A stretch of 64,000 nt of DNA from an uncultured Chthonomonadaceae bacterium (GTDB taxonomy: Bacteria; Armatimonadota; Chthonomonadetes; Chthonomonadales; Chthonomonadaceae). The notes below the pieces were generated by a model. The model ran no database searches, had not been told where the DNA came from, and worked only from the letters and a program-made list of their open reading frames with translations. The stretch is from the NCBI GenBank assembly GCA_963817895.1, contig CAWFQB010000001.1:1120001-1184000 (forward strand), read 5' to 3'. The position numbers and the translations under genes are program-made. Positions 27,062 through 35,426 of this stretch are shown in pieces. Positions within the stretch are counted from its first letter, which is position 1, and every line of letters begins with the position of its first letter.

Positions 27062-28615
27062 TCAACGCTTAACGCTCAACGGAATAATCGTTTCCGCCGA
27101 CTTGCGGCCTCGATGAAACACATTGTACTCGCAGAAGGAGACGGCCTCGCCCTGCTCGTTGAGGATTTTGGTGCAGCACTGCTCGATGCGCTTGTGGTCG
27201 TAGGTGTGCGCGTCCATGAACGGCTTGACGACGACGCGGAACACGCGCCTGCCGAACTGCTCCGGCTTCCCGATGAGCGGCAACACGTCGCGCAGTCCGC
27301 CGCGCAAAAACAGAGTCGCCAGATCGCGCAGGGTCTGGCGGGCGCGCAGATGGGCCACATCCGACCACACGCGCCGCGCCGCGCCGCCCAGCATGCCCGC
27401 GAAACTGATGCGGTCCGCGAACAAATCCAGATAGCGGGCCACATCCAGATGGCGCGGCAGGGGCGTGATGGTTTCGCGTCTGGCGTCCAGAAAGCCATAC
27501 GTCAGGGCGCAGCAGTCGGGATGCGAGCAGGGCAGGCCGACAAAATCCGTCGTCCGCAACGCGCCCTCCGTTTGGCAGTCCAGTTCGCGCAGCACATCGG
27601 TCAGCGGTCATGCGCTCATGCGCGGCAAACTCGTGCTCGTACCGTCCCGCGCTCATCACGGGCTGAAAGGTCAGGCCGTTGATGTTGTCGAGCGACAGGG
27701 CGTAGCGGTACAAGATCGCCGATCTCATCCTCATTGACGCCCCGCTCCAGTGGTCGCCACAAGGGTTACGAACAAGCCTTTTTCCTGCGCCCGCTCGCAG
27801 CGCCTTCTGCTTGATGCGCGACGCAAATCTTTGCCGTACAAGCGCGTCATGCACATCGGGCCGGAAACTGGAAAACGAGAAGAACAGTTCCACGCGGTCA
27901 CGATGCGCGGCCAGGGTTTCCAGCAGTTCGTCGCTTTGTTCCAGTGCGCAGGCCGTTCGTGTTGACCAGAATGCGCCCGATGGGATATTCCAGCGCGAGA
28001 GGCAGCATGTCGGCAAAATGGGGATGAATGGTCGGTTCGCCGCCACTGAGCATCAGCACGTCCAGACTGCTGTTGCGTGCGAAAAAACGTGTCCAGCCGC
28101 TGCCGCGCCGTTTCCACGGTCATAAAGTCGTGTCCCCGCGCATCCGCGTAGCACGTCGGGCAGCGCAGATTGCAGGCGAGGGTAATTTCCAGCAGCAGCA
28201 CACATGTTGGTGGTTGGTGGTTGGTGATTGGTGGCTGGACAGGATCAGTTGAGAGTTGAGAGTTGAGAGTTGATCGGGACTCCTCTCCTGCTTGTATCTC
28301 GTATCTCGTATCTTGTATCTTCTCCTTTTCTCCTTTTCTCCTTTTCTCCTTTTCTTCCCCTGGCGCGCAGCAGGCCGAGTCGCTGCCGCAGCAGCCGGTG
28401 ATGGCGCTAGATAAGCCCATGCGCGGCGCGACGTACTGGCGCAGGCGCAGGTATTCGGCGACGTCCGAGGCCAGCAATGCTTTGGAGGCGCCGTGACGGG
28501 GGCAGGTTCGCTCCATCCATACCCGATTCGCTTCGACAAACAATCGCGCCGGAACCGTCCGCAGGCACGTCGGGCATAATCCATCGGTCTGCTCTGTCCA
28601 CTCCGCTGTTTCCAT
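27062..28615 (-). CDS. Radical SAM enzyme of the MJ0619/Tes (tetraether synthase)-like family; frameshifted in this assembly
   Basis: N-terminal CPTC...CPRHG; CNLRCPTC; SGGEPT and VNTNG read in a third frame near 28070-27950; 'GLTFQPV'; 'CSHPDC'; C-terminal 'FMDAHTYD..R...CC' and 'SFCEYN'. The pieces lie in several frames. Confidence 0.8.
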
Positions 28616-28852
28616 ACGTGTCTCACCATTTTCTTTACGCCTATAATCGCTTCCCGCTTTTATTTCCTGCCTTCTATTCCCCGCCTTGATACTGATCTCC
28701 TCTCTCCTGATTTGCCGTTAAATTAATTCAATATAAATTGGAGAAGGAGAATGGCAATACCACATCTAACTTATGCCTGCGGCTCCTCATAAACAGATTG
28801 CGGCGCAGCAGCGCTCTGCTAACAGCAATAGGGAACAGGCCACTGACCCTTA

Positions 28853-28954
28853 GAGCCTATCCCAACAGGCGATTGCATTTGCGTCCGAAGGACGCTTGGC
28901 CGCAGGCCACTCAGACGGGTACGTTCTTTGTACCCGGCCTATTGGGATAGGCTC
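28853..28954 (+). mobile_element. 102-bp MITE (TIR GAGCCTATCCCAA) with TTA target duplication
   Basis: TTA|GAGCCTATCCCAA...TTGGGATAGGCTC|TTA; further copies at 39339-39439 and 52942-53043. Confidence 0.85.
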
Positions 28955-29036
28955 TTAGATGATGGTTCCGTTTATAAATATAGCAGCTAAAATACTATAG
29001 CCTGTCTATGGTAAAGGGCTGCCGCGAGCAAGCAAA

Positions 29037-31709
29037 ATGCGAATCGGATTTGAAACCATCCTGGGCGGTAATTACATCTACGACCTGGACGCGACTCTGG
29101 CAACTATCGCGCAGGCCGGATTTCAGGGCGTCGAGTTTTTCCAGCAACACCACAACATTCAGCATCGTGTTCCCGAAACCGACCGGTTTGAAGCGGTGAA
29201 CATTGCCGATGTTGTTTATCTGCTCAAAAAGCATCACCTGGTATTTCTTGGACTGACGAGCGGAAGGCTCAAGGATAGAGTGGCGTTTTGCAGTTCGCCG
29301 GATGAAGCTAAACTTGCAAAATATAAATTAACGCCTGATGAGTGCTGGCCCCTTTACTTCTATATCGAGCGCCTTGAAGACGCGGAAGAAGAATTGGAAA
29401 TTCCGGCCTCGGTCAAACTCGCCCTCCATTCCAATTCGTTCAAACCACTGGACAGCATTCAGGAAATGCTTGATAAACTGGGGGATAAGGCAGCGCGCTT
29501 TTGTTGTCTTCCCGATACAGCGCACATGTACATTGTGGGCAAAAATCCTGTCACCGACATTTGCGCGCTTCCCAAAGACCGCGTAATAGCCGTTCACATC
29601 AAAGACTGGAATGCGGCTTACGGTCGCTCCTCCCATCGCTCCGCGAAAGGATTTACTTCCCTGGGAAAAGGGGATGTGCCTTTAACTCAGACGCTCGAGG
29701 CGCTGCGTAAATGGGATTGGGACGGATGGCTGGTTTATGAACAAGACTACCCGGATGCCTCGCGTCGAGAGTGTATCACAACAGCGGTGGAATGGTTCGC
29801 CAAACACAAATTGATGCCGCCGCTCGCGGAACCCTTACGCAAGAACGCCTCCCAACCGCAGCATCCCTGGGATCAGATGCCGGACATTACCCAGGCCGCT
29901 TATACCAAATTTGTAGAAACTCTTTCCTGCGCGGGCAGCGTCACGCTCACGCGCAGCTACCGCAAAGTGGCGGAGGCTGTCTTCGAGTTGTTTGCCGCCT
30001 GCCACGTAGCCATCTGGTCCTACAATGTCACGCGCCCCGAAATGTGCCTGCTCGCGGAACACAGTTCCACGCCGGTCACTGTCAAACGCGAATTGCGTAT
30101 TGATAGAATGTCTTCCCCGATTGGCAGGGATGCCGAGGCAATGCAGTCGGTTTGCCTTCCTCTCACAGCCCTGAGCCGGGATGAACTGTTGAAAACGCTG
30201 CAATGGGGAGAGGTTATCGGGCAATACAGGGCGCAAACGCTGCTTGGCATTCCAATACCGAATCGCTATAACCCGAATCAAGTTCGGTTCGTGGTTGGCA
30301 TTTTGCTGCCGGGGCCGCCGCCGCCGAATTGGGATGTGTTGTGCAGACTCGTGGCAAAAATGGCTGCCCGCCCTATAGACGCGGGATTGGATGACGCCTG
30401 CGCCTACGCTACGGAGCGCGTCAATTTTCTGGCGGACCGCGCGGACGGCCTGGATGCCTTCTTAACAAGTTTGCACACTTTTATTCAAGAACAGTTGGAT
30501 TGTCAGGGGGTGGCTCTGTTACTCAGCAGCCGCGATGGTGAGCGGCTGGAAGCGCGCGTTGCTCCCACCACTCAATGGGAGCGTTCGCTCAACGAAGAGC
30601 AGCATTACTATATCCCCTCCGAAACCAGGCACCCAACCTGCCAGTGCTGGCAAAACAAGAAAATCATTGTGCTGGCAGACGCCCGAGCCCTGAAGGGAGA
30701 GGGAGGCAATCTTGTTCCCAAATCGTTTGAATATACGGAAACCTCCCGCGCGGAGCAGGATAGTATTTTGCTTGTTCCCCTGCTCGCATTAAAGGCCAAT
30801 GAGAACGGCAAGCAGGAATTCACCTGTCTGGGCGTGATTCGCTGCCGCAATAAGAAACCGCTTGCCAATAAAAACGGCTCCTACTCGGCGCGGTATTTTA
30901 CGGATGATGACGCCGCCCTGTGCAACGCCATTTGCGCCGCTGCCGTGCCGCACATCGAACTGTGGGAACATGAGGAGTGGGAGCATGAGGCTTTCTCGCT
31001 GATGATCCATGAACTGCACTTTCCCATTAATATGACCAAGCAGGCTTTGAGGCGTCTGGTTCTGGAATTAAGCGACTTAAAACCCAACCCTTTGGGGGAA
31101 CTACAGCACCCCACGCATGAACGCATCGCCTCCTGGATTACGCTGATGCAGCGGGTGGTGGGAAGCGCGGATGAATTAGGGTTCGAGTATGATTATATGG
31201 AACCCGAAGTGCAGCTTACGCGCCTGTTGGGAGAAGTGGTTGCGCCCGCCGTCGCTCAGGTGCGCCGACTGGTTCAACGCCGCAGGTTCGACCCGGACAA
31301 AATCAGCTACAGTGGATTCGACACGCTTCCCGCTTTGTATATAGACGTGAATTTGTTTCAGCAGGTACTTTTCAATCTATTTTCCAACACCATCAAGTTC
31401 GCTTTCGATGCGCCGGAACTGTTTAAGGTGGAACTCGGCGTAACCCGCGAGGAGGGCTGGTTTCATATCTATTGCCGCGATTGGGGGCCGGGCATTGCGG
31501 CAGGGTATGAAACCGTAATTTTCGAACGGGGCAAGCGGGGACCAAAGCACATGAATCGGATGGTTCCAGGTGTCGGCGCGGGATTATGGATTATCAAGCG
31601 AATTGTGGAGAAGCATGGTGGTTACGTATGCGTAACTCGCCATTACCGCCCTACCGAAATCAGCCTGTTTCTGCCCTCTTACCTGGAAAAACGCCCACAC
31701 AAGATTTAA
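29037..31709 (+). CDS. Cytoplasmic sensor histidine kinase with an N-terminal IolE/xylose-isomerase-like TIM barrel and GAF-like domains
   Basis: N-terminal 'AGFQGVEF', 'PDTAH', 'VHIKD', 'LGKGDV', 'GWLVYEQD'; C-terminal H-box 'IHELHFP', N-box 'NLFSNTIKF', 'DWGPGI', 'GAGLWIIKRIVEKHGG'; no transmembrane helix. Confidence 0.85.
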   Translation: MRIGFETILGGNYIYDLDATLATIAQAGFQGVEFFQQHHNIQHRVPETDRFEAVNIADVVYLLKKHHLVFLGLTSGRLKDRVAFCSSPDEAKLAKYKLTPDECWPLYFYIERLEDAEEELEIPASVKLALHSNSFKPLDSIQEMLDKLGDKAARFCCLPDTAHMYIVGKNPVTDICALPKDRVIAVHIKDWNAAYGRSSHRSAKGFTSLGKGDVPLTQTLEALRKWDWDGWLVYEQDYPDASRRECITTAVEWFAKHKLMPPLAEPLRKNASQPQHPWDQMPDITQAAYTKFVETLSCAGSVTLTRSYRKVAEAVFELFAACHVAIWSYNVTRPEMCLLAEHSSTPVTVKRELRIDRMSSPIGRDAEAMQSVCLPLTALSRDELLKTLQWGEVIGQYRAQTLLGIPIPNRYNPNQVRFVVGILLPGPPPPNWDVLCRLVAKMAARPIDAGLDDACAYATERVNFLADRADGLDAFLTSLHTFIQEQLDCQGVALLLSSRDGERLEARVAPTTQWERSLNEEQHYYIPSETRHPTCQCWQNKKIIVLADARALKGEGGNLVPKSFEYTETSRAEQDSILLVPLLALKANENGKQEFTCLGVIRCRNKKPLANKNGSYSARYFTDDDAALCNAICAAAVPHIELWEHEEWEHEAFSLMIHELHFPINMTKQALRRLVLELSDLKPNPLGELQHPTHERIASWITLMQRVVGSADELGFEYDYMEPEVQLTRLLGEVVAPAVAQVRRLVQRRRFDPDKISYSGFDTLPALYIDVNLFQQVLFNLFSNTIKFAFDAPELFKVELGVTREEGWFHIYCRDWGPGIAAGYETVIFERGKRGPKHMNRMVPGVGAGLWIIKRIVEKHGGYVCVTRHYRPTEISLFLPSYLEKRPHKI

Positions 31710-31778
31710 CGTTTGACATTAAACGGACAAGCCTGCTTTGCTCTGCTCATGATTGCCGACGCCGGAAGGAGATGCACG

Positions 31779-32945
31779 ATGGAAGGTGTTGTGAAAACGC
31801 TCGTGATTGACGATGAATACGCGCAAATGGAAGATTTCTGGTGGCTGTTGCGCCGGGAGGGGTTTGATCTGGATTTCGCGGTCAATCGAGAAGAGGCCCA
31901 GCAAAAATATAACCACAACTTCTATGATTTGATCGTGATAGACGCCCTGCTTGGACGCGATTTTCTTATGTCGAGCCAGACCGGGGTTGCGGCGACGCCT
32001 TCGGGCGTGGACATATACCATGAAATCCGCCGCTACGTCCATGTCCAGAGTGTGCCTCTGGTCATTTTGACCAATGATCCCGGGCGTGTGAATGCTTATA
32101 AACTGGAGGACAACGATCCTTACCTCAAAGTGATGGGCAAGGGACTGGATGTTTCTCGAATCGCAAAGGAGAGCCGCGCGCTCATTGAGGCCGCCGACGC
32201 GCTCTTGCTTCAAGCTGAGGAACAGGGCCAAAAGGTGTGGCAGTCCCCGGTCGCCGAGGAGGGCTGGCCCAATGAGCATCCCCTGTTCATTCGCGGACAG
32301 CGCAAGCAAATTCGCGTCATGGTGCATTTTGTTCCCTGCCGGCTTGAGGACCTTATCCACCCCCTGGAACATCCCCCGGGAGAAAACTGGCATTTTGAAG
32401 CGGAGTTCAGGGAACTTCTTACCAGTCGCGCTGAAGTGGGACACGTCCTGAAAATGGTTCCCCGCCATAACCCGCATCATCAGCCGTTGGGATTGATGTA
32501 CATTCGCGAACACGGGGAGGGGTACAACTGGTATGAAGACATTCTGTTTGAAACGGCTCCGCGCTTGCGGCGCGACGCCAACACGCGCAACAGCATGGAC
32601 TGTGGCGTTGCGATGACGGCGCGATTCCTGCTGGAGTGTTTATATCGCGGCGGCAAAACGGTTCATGAATTTCGGCAGACGCAATCCCCTCTGCATGAAT
32701 CCGCAACGCGAATCAAGCCCCTAAATCACGGGGAGGAGTTTCTCAAGCATCTTGGGTTTGACGCTTTACCAACCAATCCACAGCTGATGTTCGCTTCTCG
32801 CCAGACGTGCGAACGAATTCTTACAGCGTGTCTGCCACTCACCGGGCCATTGGAAATTATGATGGAAGCCACGATCAAAAGTGGCAGGCGACACTTCAGA
32901 ACACTCGCTTGTTTTGGCGCTCTTAATAGATACTCCGACAAATAA
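31779..32945 (+). CDS. Response regulator receiver fused to a GNAT-like C-terminal domain
   Basis: AAGGAG RBS before ATG 31779; receiver motifs 'LVIDDE', 'LIVIDALL', 'LVILT', K. The tail 'FETAP...CGVAM...EEFLKHLGF' is GNAT-like (lower confidence). Confidence 0.7.
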   Translation: MEGVVKTLVIDDEYAQMEDFWWLLRREGFDLDFAVNREEAQQKYNHNFYDLIVIDALLGRDFLMSSQTGVAATPSGVDIYHEIRRYVHVQSVPLVILTNDPGRVNAYKLEDNDPYLKVMGKGLDVSRIAKESRALIEAADALLLQAEEQGQKVWQSPVAEEGWPNEHPLFIRGQRKQIRVMVHFVPCRLEDLIHPLEHPPGENWHFEAEFRELLTSRAEVGHVLKMVPRHNPHHQPLGLMYIREHGEGYNWYEDILFETAPRLRRDANTRNSMDCGVAMTARFLLECLYRGGKTVHEFRQTQSPLHESATRIKPLNHGEEFLKHLGFDALPTNPQLMFASRQTCERILTACLPLTGPLEIMMEATIKSGRRHFRTLACFGALNRYSDK

Positions 32946-33992
32946 GTTTGGATTTATTCTTGGCGCGGGTAGAATAGACGTATGAACCTTCACGAACTTG
33001 GCCGCTATCCCGAAAACAAAGTCCGTTCGCTCTTCGGACTACCCCACGCCGCCTTAGCTGAACTCTTCCTGGCAGCGCTTCCCGAAATCGAGCGCCGTCG
33101 CCAACAAGAACAGGCCAACAAGCCCACGCGCCGCCGCAAGGTGGGAGGCGGCCGCAAACGCCTGCTCAAGCCCTACCAGGAAGTGTTGCTGACGCTGCTG
33201 TACCTGCGCCACAACGTCGCCTTCTCTGTGGTGGGCATGCTGTTTGGCGTCAGCGCCGATGTGGCGGAGAACACCTTCCATGAGATTGTCGGCGTCCTCA
33301 AAGACGTGTGTCCGGCCAACCGCTGGGAAGCGGAGAAACGCTGGACCAAGAAAGAACCCTCCTGGAAGCCCGAGGAGGTGGATCAGGTGATTGTGGATAG
33401 TTTCGAGACGCCGGTTCCGCGTCCCTCGATTGAACCCAAGCAACGCGCCTTCTACTCGGGCAAGAAGAAAGACCACACGCTCAAGACCGAGGTCATCACC
33501 AACCGCAATGGCGACATTCTTGATGTGGATGCGGGCTATCGCGGCCCGAAGTCGGACAAGAAAGTGCATGAGCAGAGTACGGTTGCCAAGCAGTTTCCCC
33601 ATGCGACGGTCAAAGGCGATCTGGCCTATCAAGGCTTACCCCACAGCGAAGTGCCGCACAAGAAGCCACGCGGAGGCGCGTTGAGCGCTGTGCAGAAAGA
33701 AGAGAACCGCGCCTTTTCCTCAGGGCGTGTGCGTGTCGAACATAGTATCCGGCGCGTCAAAGCGTTTCGGATGGTGCGTGATGAATATCGTCTGGCGACG
33801 GGATTGTTCCGTCGCACTTGCTTCTGTGTGGTGGGTCTGGTGCAATTGATCGCGCTGACACGCGAGCCGCAAGGCGCGTAAGCCGGGAAAAGTAAACGCG
33901 GAAAAAGGGTTTTCGACGGGTGGAGTGTGTCTGCTCCACCTGAGCGCTAGCCTGCCTCAAAACAGCCTATATACTATTTGTCGGAGTATCTA
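32927..33992 (+). mobile_element. IS5-family (ISL2-group-like) insertion sequence
   Basis: Perfect 18-bp inverted ends TAGATACTCCGACAAATA (32927-32944) and TATTTGTCGGAGTATCTA (33975-33992); the outer TA is probably the target duplication. Encloses one transposase gene. Confidence 0.9.
32982..33881 (+). CDS. DDE transposase (HTH_Tnp_4 plus DDE_Tnp_4 type)
   Basis: 'GGGRK', 'LLTLLYLR', 'IVDSFE', 'YSGKKKDHTLK', 'GDLAYQG', 'RVRVEHSIRRVK'. Confidence 0.92.
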   Translation: MNLHELGRYPENKVRSLFGLPHAALAELFLAALPEIERRRQQEQANKPTRRRKVGGGRKRLLKPYQEVLLTLLYLRHNVAFSVVGMLFGVSADVAENTFHEIVGVLKDVCPANRWEAEKRWTKKEPSWKPEEVDQVIVDSFETPVPRPSIEPKQRAFYSGKKKDHTLKTEVITNRNGDILDVDAGYRGPKSDKKVHEQSTVAKQFPHATVKGDLAYQGLPHSEVPHKKPRGGALSAVQKEENRAFSSGRVRVEHSIRRVKAFRMVRDEYRLATGLFRRTCFCVVGLVQLIALTREPQGA

Positions 33993-34355
33993 ATGTATGC
34001 CGCTGCACAGGAGGAAAATTCCCAACGCGATCAGCAGGATTACGAGGAGCGGAATCAACATGCCATACGCCACGTAACGCAGACGCCGGAATGTCGCCAG
34101 CGTTGCCAGCAATGTGCCGATAAGCGGCACGACGTACAGCCACATCGCTATAACGCCCCACGTCGCCAGCAAACTGAGGATTATGCCGGACGCGAACAGC
34201 AGCCCGAACGAGATGCCGAAACCAACCAGCATATCCAGCCCTTTGCTGCCGGTCATCAACTTCAGGGTCTGCATCAGCAGGGGCGACCTGCCGCATTGGG
34301 GACAGTACAATGCCTGCTCGGGTATTTCCGCGCCGCACGTTACACAATTCTTCAC
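33990..34355 (-). CDS. Small zinc-ribbon membrane protein
   Basis: CVTCG...CPQCG followed by three hydrophobic helices; directly downstream of the Lgt-like gene. Confidence 0.7.
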   Translation of the reverse strand: MKNCVTCGAEIPEQALYCPQCGRSPLLMQTLKLMTGSKGLDMLVGFGISFGLLFASGIILSLLATWGVIAMWLYVVPLIGTLLATLATFRRLRYVAYGMLIPLLVILLIALGIFLLCSGIH

Positions 34356-34359
34356 GCCA

Positions 34360-35025
34360 TTATCTCCTCACAAACGCGCGCAGCAATTGACGCAAACGAA
34401 CCGAAAAGAAAATCATGCCCGCAATACACGCCCATTGCGCGGATGTAATCAGGGCGGTGGAGTCGGGATGCGCCCGCCAGAATTCCACGCTGAACCGGGC
34501 GACGCAGTACAACGCGCCCTGTACGCAAAAGAGGGCGTTTTCCGGCAAGGTTTTATCCCGCCGGACTTCCAGCCAGATAAGCGTTATCAGAATCAGCAGG
34601 CACGACAGGGACAAGTATAGTTGCGTGGGATGCCGGTACGCGCCGTGCTGCCATACCGCCCACGCCGCGCCGGTTGGCTTTCCATAGCAGCATCCGCCGA
34701 AAAAGCAACCCCACCGCCCGATCGCTTCGCCCGCGCAAATCGCAACCGCGAACAAATCACCCGTGGGACGCCGGATACCAAGCCACTTTTTGGTCAGCGC
34801 GACGGCGAGATAGCCGCCCGCAATGCCGCCCAAAACGGTTTTGCCTGCCGTTCCTGTAGTCAGCCATTGCGCCATATTCGCGCACAGCAGCCCGCCAATC
34901 AACCCCGCAATCAGCAGCGCGAAAATGCCCTCCGTCGCCAGCCCGCGCTTCCGTGCCATCCACGCGAACGCCGCCAGTCCCGTCAAATATCCCGCAGCAT
35001 AACATCCCGCCGAAAGCGTCATCAT
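34360..35025 (-). CDS. Prolipoprotein diacylglyceryl transferase (Lgt)-family membrane protein
   Basis: 'GKTVLGGIAGG', 'AIGRWGCFFGGCCYG', 'RHPTQLY', 'RFSVEFWR'. Confidence 0.85.
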   Translation of the reverse strand: MMTLSAGCYAAGYLTGLAAFAWMARKRGLATEGIFALLIAGLIGGLLCANMAQWLTTGTAGKTVLGGIAGGYLAVALTKKWLGIRRPTGDLFAVAICAGEAIGRWGCFFGGCCYGKPTGAAWAVWQHGAYRHPTQLYLSLSCLLILITLIWLEVRRDKTLPENALFCVQGALYCVARFSVEFWRAHPDSTALITSAQWACIAGMIFFSVRLRQLLRAFVRR

Positions 35026-35372
35026 GTTCCCGTCCGTATGGAAGCGTTGCTCTTAAAGCGAAAGTCCTACAACTATTTGTCCGTAAGGCCCTTACACAAT
35101 TCTTCACGACAGCATCCACCACAAAGCGCCCCGCTGAAAACGTCCTACTTCTCTCATGCACATTGAAGCGTTAAACATTTGCTTTTCTGCGCGGCGTATC
35201 ATAGTTCGGGATAGTGAGAAGAAACTCCTACGTCAAATAACCACGCAAAACACTACTTGACATTCCGGCGTTTACCGACTATGATTTAACTACCGCTGTA
35301 GTCCGCGCAGACGGACTTCGTTATCACAGCCGAGGAAAAGATTAAGATTGGTTTTCCCCGGACGCATGTGCT

Positions 35373-35400
35373 GTTGCGCAAACGCTTAACGTTGCGCAAA
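35373..35400 (+). promoter_or_regulatory. Possible repressor operator upstream of the glycoside hydrolase
   Basis: GTTGCGCAAA occurs twice around an AAACGCTT core (LacI-operator-like), just before the RBS. Confidence 0.3.
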
Positions 35401-35426
35401 CCCCGAAAATTTAAGAAGGAACATTA

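Noticed and set aside
28738..28950. Small ORFs sharing 'LRAYPNRRLHLRPKD..PQATQTGTFFVPGLLG' (also 52946-53227)
   Set aside because: The shared peptide is just a translation of the 102-bp MITE, not a protein family.
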